Origin: Mizuhopecten yessoensis
Taxonomy: Eukaryota
Assembly: GCF_002113885.1 (NCBI RefSeq)
Contig: NW_018408679.1
Location: forward strand, 420,324-484,323
DNA: 64,000 bases
Direction: 5' to 3'
In this document: in pieces, positions 11,900 to 23,423 of the stretch
Position numbering within the stretch: position 1 is the stretch's first letter
How the letters are laid out: every line of letters starts with the position of its first letter
Made by a program: the position numbers and the translations under genes
Notes under the pieces: model-generated
What the model saw: only the letters and a program-made list of their open reading frames with translations
Told to the model about the DNA's origin: nothing
Database searches by the model: none

Positions 11900-13720
11900 A
11901 AAATAAGACCATGCGTTCCTAAAGGGTACGCGTATTCTGCTTCATCGACGACACCTGATAGTGGAAACGTACGGAGAGAAATGAACATGTTGTGAACCGT
12001 GTGTAGATTACCGTTGAACTTTACTTGCTAGAGTTAATATACCTCATGTCCATTTACTATACAAGGGGACTTTGTCTAAATTAGGGTTATATTTATACAC
12101 ACATCAGTCGATCCATGTTAGTCCATTTCCTAAAATGTACTATAGTTATAATTGTCGTGTTTATGCTCATACCTCTAACAGACTGTTGGCTTCCAGGAAC
12201 CGTAGCCGCGCACTATGAATAGAATAAATGAGTTCCATGGAGAAAAATTCAATAAATGTCTGGAATCTGATTCGGAGATAATTGCATGTCAGATGATAGC
12301 TAGGAAATTATGTTGGGTACATCCGAGAAGCAATTTTGAGAAATATGTTTTGGGTCCTTAATCAAGTTGCTATGCTGTTATTGCTGTTTTGTACATCGAA
12401 GCAGGGTTGTGAGCTTGTCCATTGTAATGGGTCTGTGTGGTTCCAGTGCGACACATTCTGCAAAAACAAAGTGCTGTCGAGTCTCTGGCGCCTGGTTGGA
12501 GAGTTTGCATCTATCGTTTACTTAATTGGTGTGAATTGAACGCAGTCCTGTTTGATTGTAAAATTAAATTCCAGCTAATAACCTGACCTTGACCTCAGCT
12601 CGACATCCATCCATTGTGTTTGGTCTCACAGTCGTGTAGATTGTATGGTTTTCTTAGCTTGATAGACGTCTTGTTGATATACCTATATAAGTTATGCTTT
12701 CAGAGGAAGTTCTTATTTCCAATCAGATTATGTTTTTTTCTGCTATATGGCTAACCGTAGCATGCATGGCTTCCCATTCTGCCTAGGGTGGAGAGTTTGA
12801 TAGCAGTGGGTATGCAAATTGGAGGCCATTTTGTGAGATTATTTTTTTTTTTATGTTTTAACAAATTTTATTATATATATAAATAAACATATATAAATGG
12901 ATCAGATAACAGGCTAGGCGATTAATTTCACATCTCATTGTCTGTAGAAGATCCGGAATTCGAGGGATTTTTAGTTCCTCGTGACGTAATGAAAGACGTT
13001 CAGAATGTGTGTTTTTTTGTGTTAAGTTACGTAGTAGCAAGATAATGTGGTAGGAGTTATTGAGTTTTCCTCTGGGAGGCTACAATGTCTTACTGTTTCA
13101 AGTCGAGTGTTGTTGTACCGACGATTTGGTTTGTGCTGCGCGCCGTATGCCGATCGAGGTGTTCAGTATCTACTCTTACTTTAATTTCTTCGTCATGTAG
13201 CTAGCGTGAGCGGACTGCAGTTCCTTATTGCTGCCTTGGGTTGGTTCTGTATCTGTTCTGGGTGCTGAACTCTTCCACAGTGTTCACCATCACCCCCATC
13301 TCTATGTCAGAGTTAAAAAGTAGAGCTAGGTCGTCTGCACAATTGGTACGTGGTATTCTGGTGGTACCTATGGCTGCTCCGAAGCAGGCTGTCGTAGTAC
13401 ATTTTATAGTGACCTGTAGACATAACTCCGCCTTGTCGTATCCCTTGTAGTATATTGAAGGTTTTGGAATTATGTCCCTGACATTTGACAGACACGGAGA
13501 TGTTCTCATATACAGGTCTGTGAGGCTAGATTTGATGGTTAATCACATCACAGGCTTTTGGGGTATTAGGCGTGGTGACTAGTAATTTCCATTGGTTTGC
13601 TTTGGCTTCGAGAATGCAGTTGTGATGAGAAGGCCCGAGTTCAATGTGGATATAACCTTGCTAGGATTGTTCGTAAGACCCATCTTATATATGATCATCC
13701 ACACCGGACTCCAATATGTT
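11900..13720 (-). mobile_element. Decayed LINE reverse transcriptase fragment (CR1/L2-group-like)
   Basis: Frameshifted RT motifs NILQGIRQGGVMS (13313-13495 ORF) and CADDLALL (13225-13509 ORF). Boundaries approximate. Confidence 0.75.
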
Positions 13721-13869
13721 TTAAAGGATACATACATGTACCTATATACTGAAGTTCGGTTATGGACATCACGTGCACATGTCTAATAAAGTTTGTTATA
13801 CGGAACGCCAAATTAGCATATATAGGTACAATTCAATTGAAGATAGGTACAATTCCATTGAAGATAGGT

Positions 13870-14312
13870 CAATCTGATTAAAATCATCTGTTACATGGCT
13901 CCGCCTGAACATCTGAATATGCCGCGGTCAGGGTCACGTTCAAGTGACCTTTAGATGAACCAATCAGAGGCGCGCTGGCAAAAGTTTGCCATCGAATCGG
14001 AATATCATGGTTGATTAATAAATAGCGAGGGGTATCGAACAGATTAGTTTCCAAAACGAATATGGCGGCGGGGACTGACGTTTCTACGACGCCAAGGAAA
14101 ACGTACCCATTGGGTAATAATTGCGTAGGCAACACCGCCATACAGTCTTTCTTCTAAGCCCTTTTGAAAGAGGGTCTCTGATTGGTCAAAATTTAATGAG
14201 TATTTATAAATATAAAGGTCACCTGAACGTGACCCTGACCGCGGCACACTCAGATGTTCAGGCGTAGTACGAAGTTAACGAAGCCATGTGACATGTGATT
14301 TTAATCAGATTG
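13870..14312. mobile_element. MITE with long TIRs and 9-bp TSD
   Basis: CAATCTGATTAAAATCA ... TGATTTTAATCAGATTG, with internal inverted GCCGCGGTCAGGGTCACGTTCA. AAGATAGGT lies on both sides (13861-13869, 14313-14321). Confidence 0.85.
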
Positions 14313-14329
14313 AAGATAGGTACAATTGA

Positions 14330-17300
14330 ATTAACGCGTTAAAAATACTTATAACGCGTTAAATGCTATCACGTTAAATATAGACCTGTTTTTTTCAGGA
14401 ATCCTATCAACAGTGGATTACTGTTATCGTGTTGGCATTGACAGGGATGCTGACACAATGGACACACTATACAAACGTGCTTGTTTTATAGAATATTGTA
14501 TTACTAATCTTATCGTGGATGAAGGATTATTTTGGCAACGAACCATATAACCATGCCACATAACATTACTTAGGCCTAACGTTTATGCAGGCAAGTTCGT
14601 CACATTAGTAAAGGTTTCAGTTAATAATTTGTCTAAATACCAGTTAGTACAGAAGAACATTTGACTGAAATGCCTATAAATAAACATTGTTGTAAACACG
14701 CCTGAATGACGTCACGCAGCAACATTTGTGACGTCATTAGTCCTTCCGTGTTTTTGCTCAAAGGTGCAGGAGTTTCGCCATCTTCAAACATTTCACTAAT
14801 TTGAAAGTAATTTAAGTGTTTAAATGTAACATATTGTATGTTTATGCTTCACAAGTCGTACTGATACGAACAGCTCCAAATGTGTGTGTGTAACAATGAT
14901 TAACATTCAAATAAATGTTTTTTCTTAGTTGTGACTTTTGTATTATTTGTCACATGAACGGGAAACATCAGACGATAATTAAAAATCTGATCGCTTTACC
15001 TAGATTGTAGGATAAACATTCCGCTGGCCCTATATGATGCATGTAAATTTCGTTGTTTTGAACTGGTTGTTATTCACCTATTGGAGGATATATTGGCAAA
15101 CAATATATATACCATTAAAAAGCGTGATTTTTTGCTCTTTCAGATGATATAAAAATTATCTGTATTTAACGTAGATTTATAAGCAAATGACATTGGTTAA
15201 TCTTTTATAAAACTAGTTTGTTAACTGAAAAACGGCTAACTTTTTGTTAACAAATAACTAGCAGTAAATTGTAGACAATGTAATTGGTACATATATTGTT
15301 AAACGTCATGAGGTAGAAGCTCACGGTCACTAGATACAAACGAAACATAAAACATGACAAGAATCTGAATTTGCGAATTTCCATAAAAACGGTACACTTT
15401 TTGTTTAAAGTAACGCAAGGAATATTTACGAAAAGTTTCCATGTCACAGGGTCAAAGGTCAAGGTCGTGGACACTTGGGAAGACTGAAATTGCAAAGTTC
15501 CTAAAAAACAGTACACTTTTGATACACACATACATCGACACTTTGGAAGACTAAAAATGCAAAATTTCCCTAAAAAAAGGTACACTTTCTGTATATACGA
15601 AAAATGTTTTGGCAAAGTTTCGCAGTCATGGGGTTAAAGGTAAATGTCACTGACACTTCAGACGACAAAAAATGCTCAATTTCTCATTTACGGTACACCT
15701 TTTGTATACGCTTCTACATTTGCAAAATTGTAGAAAATAATATTTCAGCAAACTTGTAAGGTCACGTGGTTAAAGTTCAGAGTCACAGACACATCAGGCC
15801 ACTGAACATGCTCATTTTCTCCAAAAAAAAGTAGACTTTTTGTTTACACATATATATTAAAAAAAATGAAGGTAATTGTGCCAAGATTATTTTGACGAAA
15901 TTTCAATTTTCTCAGAAACCTAGGACCCATAAAATCTAGTTGCGGAAACAGGCGAAGACAGCTGGGAATTTAATAGCTTCAAAAAATAAACTAGTTCTGA
16001 AACTTAATGTGTGAATGATATTTTGTTGATAGGTCATATTATTCACATCAATGTAATTGTTTAGACTACAAAACTTGAAGAGAGATGTGGAACTAGGGAG
16101 CCGAGGGCAGAGTTTCTGACCGATGACCTATCTGAGAACATAATAGCGGCTGTAAAGTCCATGGAGCAGGAACTACTGTCTTCTTGTCGCGATTTAGGTA
16201 TGGTACACATAATAACTCCGACAGTACTTAGGTATGGTACACATAATAACTCCGACAGTACTTAGTAGCTGGTTTACGTAAGAGGTGGTGGGTGCCGGAA
16301 CTGACCACTCAAGTCAGGTTTCTAACTGTTCAATCATTTATGCACCCACCACACCAAATGGGCAGAGGTAGATAGTGTTAACCCTATCTCAACTTGGGTA
16401 CACTTTGCGTTTAGCTCCATTTATCATGGTTATCGAACTTCATGTGTATTCACCTTTAGAGTACTAGGTTGAGGCTACCCATAATGGAACACTTTTTAAA
16501 GAAAAATATAAAAAAAATCATATTAAGTTTCTGAAAGACTGATTTTTTTTACTATAATGAAACAATACATGCCTTAAGCCTTCATCTTACATTTGTATGT
16601 ATTTCTTGGGTATCAACAGCATGTGTGTCTATTTATAGAACTCATTATAGTGCGTCAGGTTCACTTAGAATTTGTCTGCTGGTCGAGTACCCGAAATGAA
16701 AGACTTCATCATATACTATTAGTAAGTCAGTTTATGAAAATGACTTGACAGTATTTTAATAATTTTCTTCATTAAACAAACTTTTCACAATTTCTGACAA
16801 ATTTTACTCATTTATTCTCTAAAAATTCATTTGAACATATAGTTTTCCATGTTTAAAAATATGATCGAAAATTTATGTTTTCGCTTCGTACTGTTTCCCT
16901 GGATTAGTAGGTGATCTTCTTTCATCGCAAGGGTGTAGGGTACGGGTACCCAAAATAGAACTGTACCCAAAATGGAATACTTTGATAAAAATGACACAGC
17001 AATAACTATTTTGTAATAAAAAATAATGGTATGCATTCTCAATCAAAATTTAAATAGTTTTATGCATTTTGAACAAATAGCATCTGCCTACTTCTTTAAC
17101 ATTGCTCATAACTCAATTGAAATAATAAAAAAAAATGAAATAAAAAAATCCAAGGAAACAGTACGATGCGAAAACATAGTTATATCATGGTTTACATCCG
17201 CTCCTCAGCAACTGTAAGTTGCATTTTGGTTTCACAATGCTGATATGCAAGACGCATCTGATTGGACGCGATAAAAATGTATATTTAACGTGATAGCATT

Positions 17301-17439
17301 TAACGCGTTAAAAATAGTTTTAACGCGTTAAATTGTTGTTTAACGCGTTAAATCCTTGTTTAACGCGTTAAATGATGTTTAACGCGTTAAATGCTAACGC
17401 GTTAGTTTATCTCGTTTTTGACATGAACGGCCTTTCATA
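14330..17439. mobile_element. Putative large non-autonomous DNA transposon with TAACGCGTTA subterminal repeats
   Basis: 14330-14385 is inverted at 17275-17330. The right end GGCCTTTCATA resembles an inverted TAYGG-type (IS3EU-like) terminus; a possible left terminus is TACGGAACGCC at 13799. No TSD found. Confidence 0.5.
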
Positions 17440-17519
17440 GTACTGTCCATCTAAACAATGAAAGTTAGTAGTGAAATGGTAAAATATATATACACATCGG
17501 ATTTTATATTACTCCTTGG

Positions 17520-20100
17520 TGTGGTCTTGTTCTCCTAACTTTTGCCGTTTGTAGGCTAAAATATATTCTGACTTTGTGTGATACAACTGAAAGCAGGGCT
17601 AGATAGACAATGGAACACAACACTGCTGGCACTGAAAGCAGGTTTCGTGTCCTGTTCTTTTTGGAGGTGCGATGCCTGGATTGGACGATTTAAAGATGTC
17701 GGCTTCAGCTGGCACAATGCACTGTCTCCTGCCATGAGCTCTTTTGTTTGTTGATGGTAAATGGCTAAGGAAATGCCTTGCTGTTAATCTTTGAACATTC
17801 TCCGCAGATTTCACCTTTCTCCTTTTTGACCCATTCTTGGAACTTCAGCAGCTTCAAGCATTTGGGCCACAAGCTCTCTCCTGAATACTCTTTGCTGAAC
17901 TGGTTGAGGGGTCCTGTACTTGAAGAGAAGGTACGAATTTAACACTGCTAGACCAAGCATATGGAAAAACACTTTCTTCCACCACTTTAAGGTCCGCCGG
18001 TTAAAACCTCCATAGGCAACCATCTGGTCACAGCGGTCAACAGTGCCCATGTGACAGTTATATGAAAGGACACGGTCTGGCTTACGAATGTGGTTGCCGT
18101 CATGATCTCGTTTCCCTGTGTCAACCATGCTACCTGTTTTAAAGCAGGGTAAAAGTATTGAATGCTGATATGCAAATGGTTACCAGATGCTGTAGTTAAC
18201 CTAAATACAAGTTTTGAATGTAGTTGTGAAATTCTATGCGCAACCTATTTTCCAAACGATTCACTGATCAATGTTTGTAAAATTTATCGTTTTTTGTTCA
18301 TAAAATAAAGTTCATATTTATTTAACCATATAAGCAGGGATTTCGATCTTTGAAGATTTTAATTAACCTGAAGTTTATAATACTGTACTGCACAGTGTAT
18401 CATATATACATCATTTCAACACTGCAATGTTATATACATGTATGCATAAATGTACATCTTAAAACTGATGTAAACATAATTTTGATGCTTTTACCTTCAT
18501 GTATTGTAGTTAGGAGACAGACATCCTTCTTATCAGCATATTTCATGCCAATAAGAGTGCCTTTAGCAGGTTTTGCAGATTTCAGACTCTGTGGAATACC
18601 CCGTCTGTTACTTCGCACAATTCCACATGCAAGTGTTGCATATAGATACAAGTTATATAAAATAAATGGGGACTGCTGAATTAATTGTCCATGTATAAGT
18701 GGTAGCCTTTATTCAAATATGGACTGACAAGGCGCACCACTAAGTCATAGGTAAGTCCAAATGTGCTTTGTGATGCCTGCCGCCCTTCACATCCAGTATA
18801 GAGTTCAAGTCTGCAACAGTATCCATTGCTTGAATCACAAAGCATGTATACTTTAAGTCCATACTTGATCGGTTTATCCGGACTGTATACTCGGAAGTTA
18901 AGGTTTCCCCTTCAAGGAATCATTCCTTCATCAATTGCAATATATTGTCCAGGACAATACCCTCGTTGAAAATTTGTTAGAATGTCTTGATATGGCTTTC
19001 CCAACTTCTGTGATAGGGAATAACCCACCTGTCCACGTTGATGGGCCTCTGTGTTGTCAGACAGCTGTAACCCACCTGTCCACGTTGATGGGCCTCTGTT
19101 TTGTCAGACAGATGTAACCCACCGGTCCACGTTGATGGGCCTCTGTGTTTTCAGACAGATGTAACCCACCTGTCCACGTGGATGGGCCTCTGTGTTGTCA
19201 GACAGCTGTAACCCACCTGTCCACGTTGATGGGCCTGTGTTTTCAGACAGATGTAACCCACCTGTCCACGTTGATGGGCCTCTGTGTTTTCAGACAGATG
19301 TAACCCACCTGTCCACGTTGATGGGCCTCTGTGTTTTCAGACAGATGTAACCCACCTGTCCACGTTGATGGGCCTCTGTTTTGTCAGACAGATGTAACCC
19401 GCCTGTCCACGTTGATGGGCCTCTGTGTTTTCAGACAGATGTAACCCACCTGTCCACGTTGATGGGCCTGTGTTTTCAGACAGATGTAACCCACCTGTCC
19501 ACGTGGATGGGCCTCTGTGTTGTCAGACAGATTTAACCCACCTGTCCACGTTGATGGGCCTCTGTGTTGTTAGACAGATGTAAAAATGACATTATAGCCA
19601 AGAATCTATCCCTAGACATCAATTTACCAAAAAATGGTGTATTGATAACTGGATCTGTTGACCAATAATCATGTATGTTTGCTTGCTTAACAAGTCCCAT
19701 AGCTATAGTCATTGCCAAGAATGCTTTCATTTCAGCAACTGAAACAAGAGTCCATTTTCTTATTCTGGAATGCAACGGCAGATTGGGATGACTTTGAAGA
19801 TATTGTGTTGCATATCAATTTGTCTTTATCACAATTATATTGATTACATTATGAGTTACAATACTTTGAAAATAGTCTAAGTAGCTCAAGTCATCGTGCT
19901 CATGTTCTGGTAAATGTATCCCTGCGTTCCCGATGAAAGTAGTTGGAGTGTGGGTAGCTTCATGCCAACTTTCCTCGGCAAAAACATCATTGTCAGCTGT
20001 TTCAGTCTCACAGTCGTCAGAATCGAACCCTTCAAAATCGTCACTATCATTATCGACAAATACTTCTTCAAAAATATCTCTAAATTCAGGCAAAACATGT
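17520..20100 (-). pseudogene. piggyBac transposase (PGBD4-like) pseudogene with one intron
   Basis: Acidic N-terminus; EMKAFLAMTIAMG, YWSTDP, MSRDRF; catalytic contexts IAIDEGM, LYMDN, MGTVDRCDQ; KWWKKVFFHML; C-terminal Cys-rich domain. In-frame stops (TN*YA, IP*RG, DN*FS), a frameshift near 17812, an intron at 18134-18494 and an internal minisatellite. Confidence 0.92.
19020..19580. repeat. 47-bp minisatellite, 12 copies, inside the transposase ORF
   Basis: Unit GTAACCCACCTGTCCACGTTGATGGGCCTCTGTGTTTTCAGACAGAT. Starts at 19020, 19067, 19114, 19161, 19208, 19253, 19300, 19347, 19394, 19441, 19486 and 19533. Confidence 0.95.
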
Positions 20101-21255
20101 TCTAGTTCGTTAACTGTTTATGTTAACTGACATGATATAATTGAATTAAATTTGTGGCATGTTTGTAACATTTTGAGAGTTAAAAGCATTTAGAAAGTTC
20201 TCCCACATATCAAGGCCCTAAAGTAACTTTAGTTACTATGAAATCATTGCAATTACCTCAAATACGTACTATCAAAGTTGTATTATGAAATAGCAAAATA
20301 TATGGTCGTGTTTAGTTTAAAAATCACCTATTCCAACTATACATCAAGATCAAGTGTACAGAAATGATAAGTTGAATAGTTCTCCTATTTGAATGGAAGT
20401 TGGGAGGATTTGCCTGCAAATTTAACAATATATTTCATACACTTGAACATCCACAATCATGTTTTCCTCTTTAAAGCTCCTCGATCTGATTATTTTCTGC
20501 TCCATTATATTGATCAAATGTAAGGAACAAAACTTTGGAATTATGTTTCATTAACCTAAATGGACCTATATATACGTATCAACATATGTAATACTATATA
20601 TGCTCAATACTACTTCTTCACAGGCCATACACATGATGTGGTATGTTAACTATTTGTGTCAGTGATATGGCTAATCCAGAAGTCATTACACACATTGAAA
20701 TGTTGACAATTGTTTTTATGCAAACTGTTCATGGTATTCAGCTATTTAGGTTAGTACTTTAACAACCTACATGTTAAAATAAGTTGTTAATTGTTGAAAC
20801 TAAATAACAGTGTTTTTTCGTTTCAAGATGCTTGTGTTTTTTATGCATGACCACTTGAAATAACGTCTATTTTTGATCATCTGTCTTTGATAACAGTTAT
20901 GACAGACACTTCCTGACTTGATGACCATTCACGTATTCCAGCATCCAGTAATATTGATGTATCAGTGTTTGCTATGACCAGTCAACATCACTTACTGATA
21001 ACAGACAGGACCTCCAGCAAGCAAAACTATATGTTTTCTCTTCATATACAAGGTAAGTAAGAAAAATAAAATTATATATTATGATATTATACTTTCCAGC
21101 CCCATAAAGAAAGGGTAGTTTAGGGATTGATCTCTATCTTTGATTTCAGTTATGACTGACACTTCCCAACTCGCTGAACCATTCACCTAACCCATCCAGA
21201 AGTAATGAGGTATCTCAGTGTTAGCTTTGACCAGCCACCATCACTTACTGATAAA

Positions 21256-21488
21256 GGGGCCGCGGTGGCAAAGTGGTAAAGGCGTCTGACATTCTGCTTC
21301 CACTAGCCCCCCGCCATTGGGTCGCGGGTTCGAGACCTACATAGGCTAGGGCAGTCGCCAGGTATTGGCTGTAGGTCCTGAGTGGTTTTTCTCCGGACCT
21401 CCGGCTTTCCTCCACCACCAAAACCTGGCACGTCCTTAAATGACCATAGCTGTTAATAGGACGTACTTAACACAAACAAACCAAACCA
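21256..21488 (+). mobile_element. tRNA-head SINE with V-like core
   Basis: A box GGTGGCAAAGTGG, B box GGTTCGAGACC, core GGTTTTTCTCCGGACCTCCGGCTTTCCTCC, (CAAA)n tail and flanking direct repeat CTGATAA. Confidence 0.85.
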
Positions 21489-23265
21489 TTTCTGATAACA
21501 GACAGGACCTCCACCAAGCAAAACTATACGTTTTCAGTTCTTATACAAGGTAAGTAAGAAAATAAAATGATGCATTATAATATAACAGTTTCCCAGGCTT
21601 GTTTAGGGGCAGGTAGCATACACTTAAATTCAACACTTTGTTTGTAACTAGTACAGAGAAATTCCAACATGTCAGAAATGATTATTTCTTGTGGAGAGAT
21701 GTGATCAGGTAGACATTTTACATGAATAATTATAACCTATATATTTACACAATATAAGCTGGTCCTTTTCATTTTGTGAGGTTTTTCAGGTAGAATTTGC
21801 TCATATTCATAAAAAACACTGTTGTTGGTGTATATGGACCTCCATACATCTGTCATAGAAAGTAGTTCCATACCAATGTCTTCCTCCATTTTCGTTGTGC
21901 AATGTCATTTGTAAACAAGGATATTGGGAGTTATATACATATATGGCATACAAATGGACCTGCATGCATTACATTTACATGTGACATGTTTATTTTTTTA
22001 CTTATTCACCTTTTTTTTTAAACTTGTCAAATATCTGTATTTTTTCAACGAAAAAGCAACATGAACAACACATATCTTTTATAATGCAGTACTAAATCAC
22101 ATCAACTATATCATATTTGAAATGTACATGAAATTCCCTACACCCTGGTATAGCGCGTTAGAGTGGCTTATGTTAGCTAGATAGGGCACTATATCAAATG
22201 TTGTATATTTATTTATTTTTTACTACATAAAATGTCATATATTTTGCACAAGTAAGGAAATATTTAGCATTTAACAGTTAGGCAAATTACCCTTAAGCAG
22301 AACCTTAATGACATGTAGTGACATTAATGCGAGTGTCGATCAGCAGCTTAATTATGTCAATAAACTGTATTAACATCATTTATTTGATTGTAGTTACTTT
22401 TTGTGTACATTCCCCATTATCACAGGACCTTAATGTAAAATAGGTACGGTAGATATTTTCTTGGTCTTCCTTTAGTTCAACTGTATATGTGCTTTTATAA
22501 TGGTAAACACTCGTCAGATTTTTTGTTTCACCTGGTAAAAAGTATGGTTGAGCTTACGCGGTAATATGGAATCTGTCATCTTTTCCTTAAAACCACTTCT
22601 TATTTAGAACCATGAAGCACTGTAGATTGTTGTGTTGAACTATTCAATACAATTACCTTGACCCTCTTTGAATGTCTCATTGGTCAAACATATCAAATCA
22701 TAGAAAATTTGCTTTCAAATAAAGTAATATTTTGAGCTAAAGTAACAATATCTCGTCGGGATTTTGTTTCAGTGGAGAGCTTACAAGTTGATGCAAATTA
22801 ATAATACTGATCAACAATCAAGATAACTGAGATCAGCTATGTTAAAAACTCAAAACAATAACTAAACAACTATAAAGCCATGAGTTATCATACTTGGCAA
22901 GTACTGAAATGCCAAAAACTGGTCATAAGAAAGCAAAACCCTAAAACAGAAGTTTGGTCTATAGGTTAATTTAGAGGTGGACTCAAAAGTTGAATAAGAT
23001 AATAAGCCCATTCTGCATATTGGGTTGAATAAAAAATTGAATAATTGTACATGTAAGTGTGAAATAGAGAATAATTAAGTTATTTCTTAGGACAGGACTG
23101 AAGGATTTATCACAGGTAAATTCTAGTATGGTTTAATCAGGTATGTGAGATGAAAATTATCTTGTCCAATCCAATGTTTTTTTTAACTAACAATTAATAT
23201 AAATATAAATTTCCACAGTGGTACAGTGAGCCCATATAATTCAGGTGATGGAGTAGATAACCTTA

Positions 23266-23356
23266 TTAACCTATCCACCCCTGAAGTCATATTTGAACCT
23301 TACCAAATTAAATACTGGGCAATTCCAGCTTAAAACTGTAGGGGTGAATGAGTTAA
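23266..23356. mobile_element. 91-bp TTAA-flanked MITE (diverged copy 2)
   Basis: TTAACCTATCCACCCCTGAA ... AGGGGTGAATGAGTTAA; same length as copy 1. Confidence 0.7.
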
Positions 23357-23423
23357 TTATGATACAGATCTTCTATCCAAAAGGGTTTGACATGAAGACA
23401 CTGGTAAATCATCTTAGTTATTG

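Noticed and set aside
17520-20100. Functional domesticated PGBD gene
   Set aside because: At least three in-frame stops, a frameshift and a disrupting array are present.
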